64,000 nt of DNA from Candidatus Lustribacter sp. (GTDB lineage Bacteria; Vulcanimicrobiota; Vulcanimicrobiia; Vulcanimicrobiales; Vulcanimicrobiaceae), in assembly GCA_965277805.1 (NCBI GenBank), contig OZ255842.1, positions 4,160,001-4,224,000 on the forward strand, given 5' to 3'. Below, piece by piece: positions 32,374-44,746 of this stretch. The notes beneath the pieces are model-generated. The model was not told the DNA's origin and searched no databases. It saw nothing but the letters and a program-made list of their open reading frames with translations. A program made the translations under genes and the position numbers. Within the stretch, counting starts at the first letter, position 1, and the number at the start of each line of letters is the position of its first letter.

Positions 32374-33320
32374 AACGTTTGCCCTTCGCGGACCAGTTCG
32401 TGTACGCTGAGGCCTTCAATAGCGGCGAGGCCCATCGAGATGCGGGCTTCGTCGGTGGCGGCGCCGATGTGCGGTGACGAGAGCATGTTCGGCAGGTTGA
32501 TGAGCTTGTCGTTTATCGCCGGCTCGATTGCGAACACATCGAAGCATGCGGCGGCGAGTTTGTTCGTCGAGAGGCGCTCGAAGAGCACGTCCTCGTCGAC
32601 GATGCCGCCGCGGCACGTGTTGACCAGCACGCAGTCGGGACGCAGCCGCGCGAGCACTTTTTCGTCGTACAGACCGATCGTTGCGGCGGTTTTGGGGACG
32701 TGCAGCGTGAGCACTTCCGAGCGCTCGAGCAGCTCGTCGAACGATACCGGCTTCACGCCGTGTTCGCGGTAGAACTCGGGGTAGTCGGCGATGTCGTGTA
32801 CGAGGATCTCGCAGTTGAACGGCTTGAGGAGCCGCACGACTTCCTTGCCGACGTTGCCGCAGCCGTGGATCCCGACAGTGCGGCCGGTGAGGCCCTTGCC
32901 CAAACGCATCTGCGGACGCTCGCCGTTACGCATCGCGATGTTGAGCGGCATCACCCAGCGCAGTCCCGCAATGATATACGAAATCGTGAGTTCCGCGACT
33001 GCGAGTTTATTCGTGCCCGGCGTGTAGCCGAACAGGATCCCGTGCTTGCGCAGCGCGTCGAAGTCGAGCGTGTCGCAGCCGATGCCCATCTTGCCGATCA
33101 CCTTGAGATTGGGCAATGCCGAGAGCACGCGCTCGGTGACCGGCTCCATGCCGACGATCGCGCCGTCGCGATCGCGCAAGAGCTCGATGACTTCGTCTTC
33201 GGTCGGCTTCGATACGCTATCGCGGAATGTCGAGTCCGGATACTGCGCGAGCAGCTCGGCTCGCAGGAACGCATGCCGGGCGAAGAGGCCGTTGGTGACG
33301 CCGATCTTGGTAACGCGCAT
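32370..33320 (-). CDS. D-isomer-specific 2-hydroxyacid/phosphoglycerate dehydrogenase-like protein
   Basis: AGGAG SD; GIHGCGNVG, VNTCRG, DVFAIEP, SPHIGA. Confidence 0.92.
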   Translation of the reverse strand: MRVTKIGVTNGLFARHAFLRAELLAQYPDSTFRDSVSKPTEDEVIELLRDRDGAIVGMEPVTERVLSALPNLKVIGKMGIGCDTLDFDALRKHGILFGYTPGTNKLAVAELTISYIIAGLRWVMPLNIAMRNGERPQMRLGKGLTGRTVGIHGCGNVGKEVVRLLKPFNCEILVHDIADYPEFYREHGVKPVSFDELLERSEVLTLHVPKTAATIGLYDEKVLARLRPDCVLVNTCRGGIVDEDVLFERLSTNKLAAACFDVFAIEPAINDKLINLPNMLSSPHIGAATDEARISMGLAAIEGLSVHELVREGQTF

Positions 33321-33352
33321 GCCGTCTCCTAGCTCCGCCCGCAACGATCGTC

Positions 33353-33775
33353 TTAGCTGGTGACGCCCGTAACCTTCAGCTTGGCGGTGGCGAAATCGAT
33401 CTTCGTTTGCGCACGCTTCCAGGCGGCGAGATCACTGCCGGCGTCGCGCTGCTCTTGCTGCGCGTGTGCGAGTTCGTCGCGGGTCGTGCCGACGTCGACT
33501 TCGTTCGCCGCGTAGGCGGCGTCGGTCAACACCGTAATTTTGTCGGGCAGTGCTTGCAGAAAGCCCTCGCCGCACGCCAACTCCATGCGCATGATGCCCG
33601 AGCCGTCGCGCACGTTCGCGCGCAGCACGCCGGGTTTGAGTGCCGTGAGAAACGGGGCGTGCGCGGGCAGAATGCCGACTTCGCCTTCGGTGCCGGTCAC
33701 GATGACCAACTCCGCGTCGCCCTCGAAAACGGTGGCGCGCGGGGTGATCAGCGTGAACGCAACGGCGTTTGCCAT
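33353..33775 (-). CDS. atpC: ATP synthase epsilon
   Basis: GEVGILPAHAP; operon position. Confidence 0.95.
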   Translation of the reverse strand: MANAVAFTLITPRATVFEGDAELVIVTGTEGEVGILPAHAPFLTALKPGVLRANVRDGSGIMRMELACGEGFLQALPDKITVLTDAAYAANEVDVGTTRDELAHAQQEQRDAGSDLAAWKRAQTKIDFATAKLKVTGVTS

Positions 33776-37652
<3,877 letters not shown>

Positions 37653-37663
37653 GGTCTCTTTCT

Positions 37664-38200
37664 CTAGTTCGTACTGAGCATGCGGGCGAGGTCGTCTAGC
37701 CGTCCCGCGATCGTTCCGTCGATGCGCTTATCGCCCATCGTTATGCGAACGCCGCCGATCAAGTCGGGATCGACGTTTTGGGTCACGTCAAAAGGCGTTT
37801 TGAACGCCGCGGTGAGTTTGGCCACCAGCGCGTCGAGATCGGCCTTCGAGAGCGGCCGGGCACTGGTCACGTTGAGCGTTTGGGCGCCGCGCGCTTGGCG
37901 TTCGAGGATGTCGTACTGCGCGACGATCTCGGGCGCGAGGCCTTCGCGGCGCTTGCGGATCAGCAGCAAGATCGCGTGCAGCGCGACGTCGTTCAGCTGG
38001 TCGAACGCTTGCGCGATCACCGCGCTCTTCTCGTTGCGGTCGACGACCGGCGAGCGGAAGAAGCGGTTCACGTCGGCATCGGCGTCGAGCGCCGCCACGA
38101 ACGTGTGCAGATCGTGACCGACGCGGTCGACCGCACCGGCTTCGGTGGCCAGTTGGAAGATCGCCGTCGCGTAGCGGCGGGCTAAGGTTTCGTTCGGCAT
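37664..38200 (-). CDS. atpH: ATP synthase delta
   Basis: ARRYATA, DPDLIGG, IDGT. Confidence 0.95.
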   Translation of the reverse strand: MPNETLARRYATAIFQLATEAGAVDRVGHDLHTFVAALDADADVNRFFRSPVVDRNEKSAVIAQAFDQLNDVALHAILLLIRKRREGLAPEIVAQYDILERQARGAQTLNVTSARPLSKADLDALVAKLTAAFKTPFDVTQNVDPDLIGGVRITMGDKRIDGTIAGRLDDLARMLSTN

Positions 38201-38691
38201 CAGGCGCCCGTTCCGATCGTCAAATCGTCGACGGTCTTCGCGACCAGCTTCGTATCCTCGGCCGGGGTGAGTTCTTCGGCCGCGAGCGCGCGCGCACGAT
38301 TGAGGGCCTGCTCGATGAACTCGATGCGCAGCTTGTCGCGGCCGGCGATGCGTCCGCGATCGAGCTCGCCGCGCGCGTTATGCACGAGCCGCAGCCCTTC
38401 GCGCCGCGCGTCGGCGACGATCGTCTCGTGTTCGTGGCGGGCGTCGGTTTCGGCGCGGGTTAGGATCGCTTGAGCGTCGCGGTCGGCCGCCTCGACCTCA
38501 CCGCGGGCTTCAGCCACGTCCAAGCGCAGGTCTTCTCGCCGCTGTTCCGTGTTGACGAGGTCGGAGTTGCGCGAGATCTCGCCCGCGCGAACGGCCGGCA
38601 AGACGAACTTGCGGAACAGCCAGATCGAGACGATGAGGAACGCGAAGCCTCCGATGATCTCGCTGTACTGCGCGATCGTTTCGTAACTCAT
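38200..38691 (-). CDS. atpF: ATP synthase peripheral stalk subunit b
   Basis: One N-terminal TM helix plus coiled coil; ATG 38691 overlaps the upstream stop. Confidence 0.85.
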   Translation of the reverse strand: MSYETIAQYSEIIGGFAFLIVSIWLFRKFVLPAVRAGEISRNSDLVNTEQRREDLRLDVAEARGEVEAADRDAQAILTRAETDARHEHETIVADARREGLRLVHNARGELDRGRIAGRDKLRIEFIEQALNRARALAAEELTPAEDTKLVAKTVDDLTIGTGA

Positions 38692-39125
38692 CGGCTCACC
38701 ACTTCCGGACCGACGGCGCGTTCGAGCATCTCGCGCGCCAGCGCTTCGACCACGGCCGCGCCGCTGATCCGCGCTTGGGCGAGCTCGAGTGCCGCCGTGG
38801 CTTGCGCCTCGGCGATGATCGCGCCGGCCTGCTCTTGATGCTCGGCGACGATCGTCGCGGCCTCGGCTTGTGCTTCGGCGCGTGCTGCCGCCACCATCGC
38901 GTCGGCTTTGCGGCGCGCAGCGGCACGCCGCTCGTCCGCCTGGACGCACAGCGACTTCAAGTCGTACTCGAACTGCGCGATGTCCGCACCGACCTTGTCG
39001 ATGTACGCACGCCGCGCCGCGATCGCCGAGCCCACGGGCTTGAGGAAGATCACGTTGAGGATGACCAGGAAGATGATGAAGTTGACGAGCTGGACGACCA
39101 GCGTTCCGTCAAGCGAGAGCAGCAT
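38688..39125 (-). CDS. ATP synthase peripheral stalk subunit b' (second b paralogue)
   Basis: LDGTLVVQLVNFIIFLVILNVIFLKP plus coiled coil. Confidence 0.88.
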   Translation of the reverse strand: MLLSLDGTLVVQLVNFIIFLVILNVIFLKPVGSAIAARRAYIDKVGADIAQFEYDLKSLCVQADERRAAARRKADAMVAAARAEAQAEAATIVAEHQEQAGAIIAEAQATAALELAQARISGAAVVEALAREMLERAVGPEVVSR

Positions 39126-39139
39126 TTACTGGTGGCGTC

Positions 39140-39418
39140 TCATTTCAGCATCGAAGCAACGAGACTCGGCACGTTGGCAACGACGAAGAACAGATAGAAC
39201 CCGAGCACCAGCGCGATGATCGGGAACGCTTCCAGAATGCCGACGCCGAGGAAGAAGAACGTGAAGATGTTGCCACGGGCTTCCGGCTGACGTGCGATCG
39301 ACTCGACGGCTTTCGAGGCAACGATACCGTCACCGATCGCGGAACCGACGGCGACACCGAAAACGATCAGTGAAAAGCCGAGGATCAGGACGGCAACGAT
39401 GAGGGTCTGAGCGGTCAC
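39140..39418 (-). CDS. atpE: ATP synthase c subunit
   Basis: ARQPE loop; conserved E63 in LEAFP. Confidence 0.96.
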   Translation of the reverse strand: MTAQTLIVAVLILGFSLIVFGVAVGSAIGDGIVASKAVESIARQPEARGNIFTFFFLGVGILEAFPIIALVLGFYLFFVVANVPSLVASMLK

Positions 39419-39446
39419 AAGAATACCTTTCTAAGGTCCGACGAGA

Positions 39447-40253
39447 CTAATTGTTCAGAACGGCGGAGTGCGCGTCGGTGGCCGTGAGCTCGCGCTCATG
39501 GGGGCCCGGCGCGTGGTGCTCTTCCTCGTGGCCCTGCGTGGCCAAGGAGAGATACACGATGGTGAGGAGCGTGAAGACGAACGCTTGGATCGTCCCGATG
39601 AAAAAGTTGAAGAACTCGACGCCGAACGGCACGACCGTCGCGACGAGGGAGAGGTTGATCGGCCCGATCGTGACGTCGGCCGCGATGATCGTGGCGACGA
39701 CGAAGAGCAGCAGGTCACCGGCCAGGATGTTGAAGGCGAGGCGCATCGCGAGCACGACCGGCCGCGCGATCTCCTCGATCAGGTTGATCGGGAAGAGCGG
39801 CCAGAACGGCTGGAAGAGGTGCCCGTAGGCCTTGATGCCGGCGCCGCGGATCGCGACGAACTGGATGCCGAAAAACACGAAGAGCGCGAGCGCGGCGGTC
39901 GTGTTCAGGTCGGCCGTCGGCGATCCGCCGAAGGGCAGGTTCATCTGTTTGAACGGCAGGAGCCCGAACTGGTTGAGCGTCCAGATGAAGATGAAGATCG
40001 CGACGAACACCGGCACGAATCGCTCGCCCGCGCGTCCCAGCGTGCCGACAGCAAGATCGGCTAGGTAATTGATGATCCCTTCGAACGTCGCTTGCGTCTT
40101 GTTGACGCGGTTCGTCCGGTACGACGTACCGAGGTAATAGAAGAACGCCAGCGACAGGATCATCACGACCCAGGTCGTGAGGATCGTGTCTGCGTGGACC
40201 GCTCCTACGACCGGCCAGGTCCAGAGCGGATGTTCTCCGATCTTCTCGTGCAC
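39447..40253 (-). CDS. atpB: ATP synthase a subunit
   Basis: PTADLN, LAMRLAFNI, IQAFVFTLL. Confidence 0.96.
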   Translation of the reverse strand: MHEKIGEHPLWTWPVVGAVHADTILTTWVVMILSLAFFYYLGTSYRTNRVNKTQATFEGIINYLADLAVGTLGRAGERFVPVFVAIFIFIWTLNQFGLLPFKQMNLPFGGSPTADLNTTAALALFVFFGIQFVAIRGAGIKAYGHLFQPFWPLFPINLIEEIARPVVLAMRLAFNILAGDLLLFVVATIIAADVTIGPINLSLVATVVPFGVEFFNFFIGTIQAFVFTLLTIVYLSLATQGHEEEHHAPGPHERELTATDAHSAVLNN

Positions 40254-40256
40254 GAA

Positions 40257-40670
40257 CTACTCCGTTGAATACTCTTGACGTAACGCTAGCCCGTACACGA
40301 CGAGCGGCGTAAAAAATCCGGCGAGCGCGACGCCCATCGACCACCATGGTCCGGTCACCGCGGAGAACACCGGAACGATACCAATTCCCAGAATCCGGAC
40401 CACGTTTACCAGCCCGTACACACCACGCGAGCGTCTTCCGGCGAGGAGACGCTCGTTGTTGCGCATGATCAGCCACATGTTACCCAGTCCGCACGCCGCC
40501 CCGAGCAGCAGGTCGAAACCCAGCACCGGGAGCCGCGAGACCGCCAAAATGACGGCAACAGGGACAAGGAACAGGAGCGACCGGAACCCCACCGACCGCC
40601 GCCGCGCGATATACGCGTCAACTGCGGCCGAGGCTTCGGCGCCCTGCGTATTGTCGCCGATTTCGGCCAT
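40257..40670 (-). CDS. atpI: ATP synthase protein I-like membrane protein
   Basis: Four TM helices; directly upstream of atpB. Confidence 0.7.
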   Translation of the reverse strand: MAEIGDNTQGAEASAAVDAYIARRRSVGFRSLLFLVPVAVILAVSRLPVLGFDLLLGAACGLGNMWLIMRNNERLLAGRRSRGVYGLVNVVRILGIGIVPVFSAVTGPWWSMGVALAGFFTPLVVYGLALRQEYSTE

Positions 40671-40749
40671 CCCCTCTCGGACTTTTGACGGAGACGGTTT
40701 CATCCTTTGTTGACCACCGGACGGAAATCATTTCCGCTGGCCGGTCTCG

Positions 40750-41913
40750 CTATGCGGCGACCAGAAACTCAGCCGGTTTCGGACCCGTCCGGAGTTTCCA
40801 CAGCAACCAAGCGACGATGCGTTCCGCGGCGTGGCCGTCGCCGTAGGGATTCGAGGCTCGCGCCATCGCCGTGTACACGCCGTCCGTATCCTCGAGGAGC
40901 CGGCGGCTCCAGGCGACGATCTCGGCGGGCTCGGCCCCAACCAGGCGCAGGGTCCCGGCCTCGAGGCCCTCGGGGCGCTCGGTCTCCCGGCGCATTACCA
41001 AAACCGGCTTGCCGAGGGTCGGCGCCTCCTCTTGGAGCCCGCCCGAGTCGGTCAGCACGAAGCGCGACCGCGTCACGGCCGCAACGGTCGAGGCGTAGTC
41101 GAGCGGCTCGGTCAGCCGGATCCCGTCGACGCCGGTCAGGAGCGGCCGGATGACCGGACCCACCTGAGGCGAGGGATGGAGCGGCCAGAGGATCTGCGGC
41201 CGCTGCGGGAAGGCCGCGATCGCCTTGATGGCCTGCGCGATGCCCGGCATCGCGGCATGGTTCTCGCGCCGGTGCGCGGTGACGAAGATCAGCGGACGCT
41301 CGGGGTCGAGCCCGGCCAGTGCCTCGGGCACCGGACGCCGTTCGAGCCGGCGGGTCGCATCGAGGAACGCGTCAATCACGGTGTTGCCGGTGACGATCAC
41401 CTCGTGGTCGTCGAGCCGCTCGGCCAGCAGGTTCGCTTTGGACCCGGCCGTGGGCGCGAAGTCGTAGCTCGCGATCACGCCGGTGAGCCGGCGGTTGAGC
41501 TCCTCGGGAAACGGCTCGTTGATCGTGGCGGTCCGCAGGCCGGCCTCGACGTGACCGACCGGAATCTTCGCATAGAAACAGGCCAGCGCCGTTGCAGTCG
41601 ACGTGGTCGTGTCGCCGTGCACGAGCACGACGTCGGGCTGATGCTGCGCCAGCACCGGCTCCATGCCGATCAGCACGCGCGTGGTGATGTCGGTCAGGGT
41701 CTGCGTTTTCGTCATGATGTTGAGATCGACGTCGGGCACGATCTCGAAGAGCCGCATGACGTCGTCGACCATCTCGCGATGTTGCGCGGTCACGCACACG
41801 ATCGTTTGGATCGCCGGCGCCGCCGCTTTCAGCGCCGCAACGACCGGCGCCATCTTGATCGTGTCGGGCCGCGTGCCCATGACGACCATAATCTTGAGCG
41901 GATTGACTGCCAC
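40750..41913 (-). CDS. wecB: UDP-N-acetylglucosamine 2-epimerase (non-hydrolysing)
   Basis: GTRP, HGDT, HVEAGLR, HRREN, DSGGLQEE, NPYGDG. Confidence 0.96.
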   Translation of the reverse strand: MAVNPLKIMVVMGTRPDTIKMAPVVAALKAAAPAIQTIVCVTAQHREMVDDVMRLFEIVPDVDLNIMTKTQTLTDITTRVLIGMEPVLAQHQPDVVLVHGDTTTSTATALACFYAKIPVGHVEAGLRTATINEPFPEELNRRLTGVIASYDFAPTAGSKANLLAERLDDHEVIVTGNTVIDAFLDATRRLERRPVPEALAGLDPERPLIFVTAHRRENHAAMPGIAQAIKAIAAFPQRPQILWPLHPSPQVGPVIRPLLTGVDGIRLTEPLDYASTVAAVTRSRFVLTDSGGLQEEAPTLGKPVLVMRRETERPEGLEAGTLRLVGAEPAEIVAWSRRLLEDTDGVYTAMARASNPYGDGHAAERIVAWLLWKLRTGPKPAEFLVAA

Positions 41914-42959
41914 TACGGGGGTGTACCCGCCATCACGGAAATTCCCGCCTGTGCGAGGCGCAACGACGCAACGCCGCCCGAGAGCAGGAACGCTACGATG
42001 CCGAGCGCCGCACAGAGCACGTAGATCAGCAGCACCGCTTGCCGCACGTTGAGCCCGAAGCGGAATACCAGCTGATGGTGGAAGTGGCCGCGATCACCTT
42101 CGGTGATCTTCTTCCCCATCGACGTGCGGCGTACGATCGTGACGGCCGTATCGAGAATCGGCAGCGCCAGCGCCACGAGCGGAATGAGCAGCGAGATCGT
42201 GAACGCGGTTTTCGAGGTGCCGATGATTGAGACGGTTGCGAACACGTAGCCGATGAAGAGCGCGCCCGAATCGCCGAGAATGATCGTGGCCGGATTGTAG
42301 TTGAAGGGCAGGAAGCCGAGCGCGCCGCCGACCAGCGCCGCCAGCACCAGCGCGAGTTCGGGATGACCGTGACCGACCGCGATGATCGCGAGCGACGCAC
42401 CGGAGATCGCGGTGAGTCCCGAGAGCAAGCCGTCGAGCCCGTCGATGAAGTTGATGGCGTTCATCATGCCGACGTACCAGATCAGCGAGAGCGCATAGTT
42501 CCACGGCACCGCGAAGTGGATGTAGTTGCCGCGCGCGAACGGATTCTCAATGTCCTTGATGACGAATCCGTAGAGCAGCGAGATGCCGGCGACGATGATC
42601 TGCGCGACGAACTTGTTGCGCGGACGCATCCCCATGATGTCGTCCCAGATGCCGACCATCAAGATCAGCGTGCCGCCGAAGAGCATGCCGATGACGTCGT
42701 GGATCTTGTCGAAGTCGCGCAACTGATTGCGCGCGATCAAATAGCCGAGCACCGAAAAGAGCGCGAACGCAAAGCCGAGGAAGACCGCGATGCCGCCGAT
42801 GCGCGGCTTCGGCTGCTCGTGCATGCGGCGCTCGCCGATCTCGTCGACCATGCCGACGTGGGTCGCGAGCTTGCGCACGAGCGGGGTCGCGAAGGCGGCG
42901 GTCAAGGCCGCGAGCCCGACGACGACTCCCAGAATCGGCAGCAGGGTCAACGGAGTCAT
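41913..42959 (-). CDS. MraY/WecA/TagO-family undecaprenyl-phosphate GlcNAc-1-P transferase
   Basis: PRIGG, GIWDD, NAINFIDGLDGL, LGDSG, HFHH. Confidence 0.94.
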   Translation of the reverse strand: MTPLTLLPILGVVVGLAALTAAFATPLVRKLATHVGMVDEIGERRMHEQPKPRIGGIAVFLGFAFALFSVLGYLIARNQLRDFDKIHDVIGMLFGGTLILMVGIWDDIMGMRPRNKFVAQIIVAGISLLYGFVIKDIENPFARGNYIHFAVPWNYALSLIWYVGMMNAINFIDGLDGLLSGLTAISGASLAIIAVGHGHPELALVLAALVGGALGFLPFNYNPATIILGDSGALFIGYVFATVSIIGTSKTAFTISLLIPLVALALPILDTAVTIVRRTSMGKKITEGDRGHFHHQLVFRFGLNVRQAVLLIYVLCAALGIVAFLLSGGVASLRLAQAGISVMAGTPP

Positions 42960-43396
42960 GCCGGCGTCACCACCGGCGCCGGCACGTGTTTGACCGTCAC
43001 GCCGGCTTCGGCCAGCAAGTCTGTCGCGATCGCATCCGGATAAGCGACTTCGTACACGATCTCCACTACGCCCGCGCTGATGAGGAGTTTCGAGCAGTTC
43101 ACGCAGGGCTCGTGCGTGCAATAGGCCGTCGCGCCGGCCAGCCCGACCCCGTGTAGTGCGCCTTGAACGATTGCATTAGCTTCAGCATGCACGGCACGCT
43201 GGCAATGGTCGTGGACCACCAGACATCCGGCCTCGAGACAATGCGCAACGCCCCGCGGCGCCCCGTTATAGCCGGTGGTGAGGATCCGGTGCTCCCGCGT
43301 GAGCACGCAGCCGACGCTGGCCCGCGGGCACGTCGCCCGGGTCGCGACCGTTCGCGCAATTTGAAGAAAGTAGTCATCCCACGCCGGCCGCGCCAT
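42956..43396 (-). CDS. dCMP deaminase / ComEB-like zinc deaminase
   Basis: RPAWDDYF, TGYNG, HAE, PCVNC. Confidence 0.93.
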   Translation of the reverse strand: MARPAWDDYFLQIARTVATRATCPRASVGCVLTREHRILTTGYNGAPRGVAHCLEAGCLVVHDHCQRAVHAEANAIVQGALHGVGLAGATAYCTHEPCVNCSKLLISAGVVEIVYEVAYPDAIATDLLAEAGVTVKHVPAPVVTPA

Positions 43397-43513
43397 CCAA
43401 TCTATCTTCGGCATTCCGGCGGCCGAGCCCATCTCGCCTACCTGAGGGGTGCGCAATAGGGCGTTCGGCACTTGCTCCGGGGCGGCAGGCGCGGCAAACT
43501 CTTGCCAACGCAC

Positions 43514-43771
43514 GTGTTACTCGCATACTTGATCGGCTTGATCGCAATCTGTACCGGCCTTCTGCTCGTGGCGACGGCGGTCACGATCAAAAACTATTGG
43601 CTCCTCCGGGAACTCTTGGAGGGTGCGCCTGCGGGGCGCCACGAGTCTGCCGCGCTCCCTGAGCCGAAATTCGAATACTACGATTCCGCCGCTGCCGATC
43701 CGCGCGATCCGGATGACATCGAGTGGACGGGCCGGGTCGAACCGTACACGCCGGCCGGGCGGGAGCACTAG
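43514..43771 (+). CDS. Small single-TM hypothetical protein
   Basis: N-terminal hydrophobic helix then acidic tail; fills the gap. Confidence 0.55.
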   Translation: MLLAYLIGLIAICTGLLLVATAVTIKNYWLLRELLEGAPAGRHESAALPEPKFEYYDSAAADPRDPDDIEWTGRVEPYTPAGREH

Positions 43772-43809
43772 CGTAGGCCCTTCCGGGGACCGAACGAACT
43801 CGTCGCCCG

Positions 43810-44745
43810 ATGAGACGTGGGCGCGCTGCGGCGCTGTTGCTCGGCGGCGCTGCGCTAGGGGCGTTCCCGCTGCCCGGTGGAACGCAGGAGGCCGCCCCGC
43901 TGCGGATCGGGACGTTCGCGGTCGAGAACGGCCTGCAGCCGTTCTATGCGCGCGATAACGGATTTTTCACCGGCGCCGGCATCAACGCCGACGTGCAGCT
44001 CTTACCGGGCAGTGCCGCGATCGCGGCCGGGATCGTCTCGAACTCGATCGACGTCGGCTACGGTGCGATCGACGTGCTGGCCACGCTGCATTCGAAATCG
44101 ATTCCGGTCGCCGTGATCGCCCCGGGCGGCGAGTATCTTGCGCCGGTCACCTCGCGCGTCGCCGCGATCATGGTGCCGGCGAATTCCACCGTCAGAACGG
44201 CCAAGGATCTGAACGGCAAGGTCGTCGCTGCCAACTCGCTGCACAGCCTTGCCGATGCCGTGCCGAAGTTGTGGGTCGACCAGAACGGCGGCGATTCGTC
44301 CTCGCTCAAGTTCGTCGAAATGCCGTTCGCCGCGATGCCGGCTGCCTTCGACGCCGGCCGCGTCGACGCGGCGCTGATTTCGGAACCGTTCATGGGCGCC
44401 GCTGCGAAAAGCGGGCGCGTGCTCGTGTACGGCTACGACTGCATCGCCAAGCACTTCTTACTCGGCGCCTGGTTCGCGACACCGCAATGGGCGAAAGATC
44501 ACCCCGATGTGATCGCCCGTTTCCGGACCGGCATGCGCCAAGCCGCGACGTGGTCCAACGCGAACCCCGTCAAGACCGGCGAGCTGCTCGCGAAATATAC
44601 GAAGATCGATCCCGCCTACATCGCTACGATGACGCGCGCACGATTCGGCGAGCAACTGACGCCGGCACTGATGCAGCCGCTGATCGACGTCGCCGCGAAG
44701 TTCGGCCCGTTCCCCGCCTTCCCGGCACGGGAACTGATCTTCTAG
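43810..44745 (+). CDS. SsuA/TauA/NMT1-like ABC substrate-binding protein
   Basis: Signal peptide; GFFTGAGI, DLNGKVVA, GRVDAA, SEPF. Confidence 0.88.
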   Translation: MRRGRAAALLLGGAALGAFPLPGGTQEAAPLRIGTFAVENGLQPFYARDNGFFTGAGINADVQLLPGSAAIAAGIVSNSIDVGYGAIDVLATLHSKSIPVAVIAPGGEYLAPVTSRVAAIMVPANSTVRTAKDLNGKVVAANSLHSLADAVPKLWVDQNGGDSSSLKFVEMPFAAMPAAFDAGRVDAALISEPFMGAAAKSGRVLVYGYDCIAKHFLLGAWFATPQWAKDHPDVIARFRTGMRQAATWSNANPVKTGELLAKYTKIDPAYIATMTRARFGEQLTPALMQPLIDVAAKFGPFPAFPARELIF

Positions 44746-44746
44746 G

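Noticed and set aside
39140-39418. Na+-translocating or N-type ATPase
   Set aside because: The c subunit lacks the E-S/T Na+ motif and the gene order is standard F-type.
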